A stretch of DNA of 32,000 nucleotides from Candidatus Omnitrophota bacterium (GTDB taxonomy: Bacteria; Omnitrophota; Gorgyraeia; Zapsychrales; JANLHA01): positions 1,110,001-1,142,000 of the forward strand of contig OY759724.1 in assembly GCA_963662715.1 (NCBI GenBank), written 5' to 3'. Below, one piece after another: positions 24,001 through 30,000 of the stretch; the first letter of the stretch is position 1; each line of letters begins with the position of its first letter. The position numbers and the translations under genes are program-made. The notes beneath the pieces are model-generated. The model was given only the letters and a program-made list of their open reading frames with translations, was not told the origin of the DNA and ran no database searches.

Positions 24001-27000
24001 TATCCCAATTCTTCCATTCCGGGGAAGCCTCAAAATGTTCCTTTAACTCCAGCCGACTCGGGGCCTGGCCTGAATATTGCGGGTAGTACCCCGGCCTTTC
24101 TTGGACCGCGTTCAGAGGAATCACCACCGGAGCTATAGAAGCATAAACTTGACGCCGCACTCTGGCAAACTGATCAGCGGTCAGATCTAAAATAAAGGAA
24201 AGACCGGCAACCTCGACAATCCAGAATTCATGAAAATCAGAATGCAGTAAAGCGCTCACAACAGATTTAAAGGCATGGACCTTGGGGATTCTTTCTAACC
24301 TAATCTTCACCGTCCGGTCTTTCAAAAGATTCAATTTCCGGACTTGTTTATTCGTGTCGTCGCAATACTGCGCTATCTTTGTCTTTCGTATTCTTGCACG
24401 ATAATAATCTTCAATGACCGGCTGATTCCAATCCTGAATCAAAGCAAAGAAGGCCTTGATGTCTTCCCGCTGTTTCGAATCAAGTCTTGTTTGACCGAAC
24501 GCTAACTCAACGGCACGGCGGAACGCATCCCGGCCCAGAACCCGGCAATACTGTTGCGGGATGAACGGCTGGTATCCGTATTGATCCTTCAAAGCGGCGG
24601 CGATGATTCTGAGGTTAATCAGGTCCTGCTCCCGCTCATAGATATTCAGCAGCTGTTCCATCCTTATAGGGTTGTTGCCTTTCGCCGCCACAAGCCGTTT
24701 GATGACTCTTCTTCTTTTCTCAACGCCTTCCGGCAACCGATCTTCCCGTACAGGCGAAGAGGTCGGCTTGTCCCCGTCATCCGCCTGACTCCGGCCTTCA
24801 GCCTGATCTCTTCGGATTTTTTCCAGTTCCAGGGTATATAACTCTGCCATCTCTTTCGCAAAATATTCCGTTATCTCCGCCGGGAGCTTCAAGCGGACAA
24901 TAAAGGCGATACTTTGATCAAGATATTTTTCCGCTGATTCAACGCTGCGTTTATATCTCGGGGTCTGATTGTTGTGCAGTCTGTCGGCAAATTTGATTAA
25001 TTTCACATCCAGAGGCGCTTCATTGACCAGGCGATCCAGATATTCTTCATCCGTTTCTCTCGGGCTCTTTGTCAACATCTCCACTTTTTCCAAGACCTTC
25101 GCTCCGAGATAATAGGCGATTAACGATCGCAACTTCTCTCTTTTATATTCGCTTTCCGCATCTTCAATGGCATCATGCAACATAGCGACAGCAACCATCT
25201 CTCGCCAGTCCAGGTTATGAGAAGCCAGCAACGGATGATACGTTCTTAACAGATCAAACAATATTTTCACGACCGTGAGAGGATGCACCAGATAAGGCTC
25301 CCCATTGGCACGGACTTGTTTCCTGTGGGCAAAGAGCGCGATATACAAGATCATTTCATATTTAATAGCTTTTGTCCCGGGATAAAGCGAGTTCAGCTCT
25401 TCCTTGGCGTCTTTCCACAATGATCGGGCCTGTTTCGTCAAAGATTTATAGTCATAGTACCGGAAAATCTTTTCATACATAAAGACAACTGTTTCCACGG
25501 ATGTATCATCAACAACAAACATATTCGTCCTGCGGGTGCCCTGTAATTCCAAAAGGCCTGACTGAGCAAACCATTTTCTAGCCGTTGTGATCAGACGCCC
25601 ACCGACATAAAGATGTTTGATCAAATTCCCGGCCACAATGCTCGTCACAAACTGGGTCTGGGTCTCATAATCTTTCTCTAAAATATATTCTTTAAAAATA
25701 TACGTGATCAAATGAAATTGGCCGAATGTTTCCATATCATCCATATCCGTGAGAGATTCGATATATATGGGGTTAATAATCTCTCGATATTCCTCTTTCA
25801 GCTGATATGTCTGGCCTTTGACTCTTTCAAAATATCTGTCTCTTAGGCCTTGATTCATCTCGTTCAGATCCCCGAACCATTCCTGAGAGTATTGGCCTTC
25901 TAAAGCCTGCCGAAGCGCCTGCTGATCCGAGTCAACCGCTGTAATTTCCAAGGCTTCAAGAGGGATGCTGGAATGTTCCAAAATTTCAATAAGCATCTTG
26001 TGGGCAATCAGTTTAGGCCCGTCTCCGAACAAAGACACGCCCTCCGCGGCAAGAATCCTTATTTTCTGTTCGCCTCCCTTTTCTTGCAATTGACTGTAAA
26101 CACTTTCCAGATAGGGGATGGACTCTCTGATCTGTTCCGCGAAGCCCTCTTGCTCCCAGAAGTACAGTTTTCTCCCCGGCTTCCAGATATCTTTAAGTTT
26201 CCGGACAATAGTCTGTTCCGGAATTCTCATATACTGCAGAATCGCCCGGATTTTATCTGTCCAATAGGAATCTCCGGAAGTGTTGTCATCCGGGTTTTCA
26301 ACCGGAGAAGAACCGTAACGGCCCTGATGTATCTGCGTTTTAATCCTGTTTTCGATCTGATCGGCGGTATCAACACTTCTGAAACGCTGAACATCAGCAG
26401 GAGAAATCATCCCGTAACCCAACAGTGTTGTCTTAAAGATTTCTTCCCAATTGCTCCAGAACTCCCGTCTGACGGGTATCACAGAAAGCCCGGAAACTTT
26501 TCTGGTCTGAACCAGAGTCAAAGCTTCCATAACGGTATCTATGGTGTCTATGGCATCAGGAAAACTGAGGATGAAATCGCTATAACTTATAATAAACGTC
26601 TTCCTGATGAACTGGTGGGTCAGGCCAAGATCCTGGTTAGTACCGTCCAGAGAATCGTCCGTGTTCCCGTTAATGGGAATAAACTGCGCCAAAAAGTGTC
26701 TTCCCCGGTAATCATCTTTCGCCTGCAGATAGCCTTCTCTGGCCGCCGCCCCAACGCCTTTGGTCTCGGGCACAATAAGAGAAATCCCTTGGGAAGCTAA
26801 ACGGCGGGATATTTCCCTGGCCGTATCCATATCATCCGAATTGATCACCCGGGTTGATCCCAGGACCGAAACAATCGGTCCGGGCGTCAACCTCAGCTTT
26901 CTCATAACCCGGTACATTTCCCGGCGGATAAGATTAATGTCAATTTCAAAAACATCCCGGCTCTTATTCTTTTCTAAATGACTACTGATCGTACTCAAAA

Positions 27001-30000
27001 TACGGTTGGCGTTGCCATCCAAACTCACCATGTCCCAAGGACTGTTTAATAAATATCCGTTGATATAATCGCGGGCCAATTGCTCTATCACCTGTTCCCA
27101 GAACGGCAGGGCAATAAGCGGTGTCGCTAAATCAATGGCGCCCTGTTCCTTCAAGGCGAGCATCGTGTAAAGTTCATTTAAAGTTCCGACTCCGCCGTAC
27201 TCAAATACGCCTGCTTTGGCAAGTTTCACAAAAGAGACCAGCCGGCTGAAGAAGTACTTGAAAGCCAGTTCTCTGTTAACGTACGGGTTTGAAGCCTTCT
27301 CACGAGGCAGCTTTATTCTCAGCCCTACCGAATCAGCGCCCGCTTCACACGCGCCTTTATTGGCTGACTCCATCACGCCCGGGCCGCCTCCGGTAATAAC
27401 CGGGTATCCCAACAAAGCCAGCTCTCTGGCCAATTGTTCAGCGAAAACAGATGACTTTCTGGCTGAGCCATAAAAAGCCACGCCAGGCTTAACCTTTTTC
27501 ACTTTCTTGTGTAGTTTGATCTCTCTGACACCTCCGCTGATAAAACCGAATGAGAAATCTTTTCTGCCGTTCCAGACTTTATCCTGTACCGGTGAACTGG
27601 CGACATCATCCGCAGATTTCTTCCTTAAAACAACATGCAGGACACCGTCAAAATTCATCCCTTCCTCTTCCGTCAATTCCCTGTAATCATCCGCTTCCCA
27701 TTCCATAATACCCTTCCGCTCGCTGATCCGTTTCTCTCCGCGAATCGAAACAATTTCAAAATTATTTCCTTTGGCCGTATTTATGAGTTGTCTCTGACTT
27801 TTAATGCCTTTTTCGCTAAAGGCTGTCTGTCGTCCCTGTGTGATATCATTCTGGACAAGGACCACGGCTCCCGGCAGAAGCCCCTCAGATAGCTTTCGGA
27901 AAACCAGATCCGCATCCACATAATTCAAGACATGAGAAATAATCACCGTATCACATAAACCATAAATATGGGAAAGCGGCCCGCGATGACCTCGGGATCC
28001 AAAGAACTGCTTCACTCGCAGGATTCCGCTCTTTTTCGTTCTTTCCGGATAATGAGCGTCTCCCCGCAAAAAGAGGACGTTCCCCTGCCGGAAGAATCCG
28101 TTTCCGACGCCCCTATCAAAGGAAACGATTCTCTTGTCCGGGAACATCTTGGCCGACAGCGGATTATTTTTCCCGCCTATTTCGAGAATACGTGTCCCTA
28201 AAACGCCTTTTTCTTCGAGTTCCTGAAGAAGATTTTCAAAAGCAAAATTATACCCGAATCCTTTATTATTCCAATTATCGACAAAGATCAATTGAACAGT
28301 TTCTTCAGCGAGCGGGGCCCTTGTCCGTGTCCGTTGGTCGTGCATAACCGGGCGCAAACGAATCACAAGGTTCTCTGCCCCGTAACGCAGTTCCATATAA
28401 GGCTGCCCGCCCTCGCAAAGCCGGACTTCAATGCGTTCTTTATCCTGACGGAACAAAAATGCTTTATAGAACACCGCGGACTTCCCTTCCGTTCCTGCGG
28501 ATCTCATCGTTGTCACCCGATAGTTCGGGTCGATGTTTTGCGGAATATGTTTATGGAAAAATTGAATGATGGATATCATTTCTGCCGGGATATATCCCTG
28601 GACCATTAAAGTTCCGACCGGGCCTTCCGCCTGGGCCGTTCCCATAAGCATCTTTCCGGTCTCGAGACGGGCATAAACATGATAAAAGACCTTCCGGGGA
28701 ACTTTAGGATTGATATAAAGTCTTAACACAAACTTTAATCCTGTCTCCGCATCAAATGTCTGGACAATCCACCTTTCTCCTTTAAAGCGCTGCCCGGTTA
28801 AATACAGTTCACCCAGGACCGGGATACGGCCCTTCGTGTGCCGTACGCCCCGGAAGAGGCCCATTCCTTTCAGGTAAAAAACAAGGCGTACAGACTGCGG
28901 GGTGAATTTAGCCATCGCGGCCTGAACGCGCCGTGTTTGCAACAAATCAAGAACGATCTTTTCATCTGCCCGGCCGTAAAGACGCTTAAATAAATCGCCC
29001 AGCCCGCTCTGGTTAAACTCTTTGACAAATTCGGATAAAGTTAAGGCATATCCCTGATAAATTTTTAAATACCGAATCAGCAAGCCTTTTTGGCTCTTTC
29101 CATATACCGGGTTCTCCGCCTGCATTTCCGACGACCATTCCTGTCTTCCGGGGTTCGTAAGCGGTGAACTGGTGATGGGGAAGTCAGGGACATCAACCGG
29201 TGAGAGATGCCCGCCGGCCTTCAGCAAGATTTTTCTAACCAGAGAGAAATCCATGAAAGACTCCAACTGCGATTCGGCCAATTCCTCCGGATCCAGCAGG
29301 AGAACTCCGCCCAAGGCCACGTATTCGGAAGGCTTGGAATAAGCGTGCTCCAGGCACATTTTCCAAAGCAGGCCAGGCACCATATAAATATCATTTGAAA
29401 TAATTTGTCTGAACTGCTGTCCCGGCCAGAATCCGTCCACAACCTGTGAGGCCATCTTCAGGGTTGCAGGGACATGATCCACCGTTAATTTATCGCAGAT
29501 ATTAACCCAGACATCTGAGCCGTCGACACCTGGAATCTTCTTCTCCCAATTCCAGTCCCGGGAATCCCTGATCATGCTGAGAGGCAAATGCTCTGCGCGG
29601 ATTCTTTGGCCTGCATCGGATATATATCTAAAGCTGGCCTGTTCAATAAATTCTCTCCACGCCGTTAAAGGAACTTTCCGGTAAATAAAGACATGCAGAA
29701 ATTCCTCTACAATACCCGAAATATCGACGCTGCCACCGGAAACTTCTATCCCTACAATGGAAGCATCGGAGTTCCAGAAAGACCGTCCGAGGACAAAAGC
29801 CAGCTTAACATCTGTCAAATGAGCTGAAATACTCTTGGGGAACCGATCCAAAACTTCCGCGACGGCAGCTAAAACACTCAAATCCACATCGTCAAGATTA
29901 AGGGGCATGACGCCATAAGAGGATATCTTTCTCAAATACCGGCTTCTTAACCTTATCGATTCCGTGACTGGAGAGCTGGAAAACGCCCGGCTCTTTGTCG

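Noticed and set aside
25973-26800. Longest listed ORF (plus strand, 275 aa).
   Set aside because: It lies antisense to a well-supported coding stretch of the giant ORF (the CheR-like region and the second LOG-like half). Its translation has no recognisable motifs. Long antisense shadow ORFs are expected opposite a long stop-free gene.
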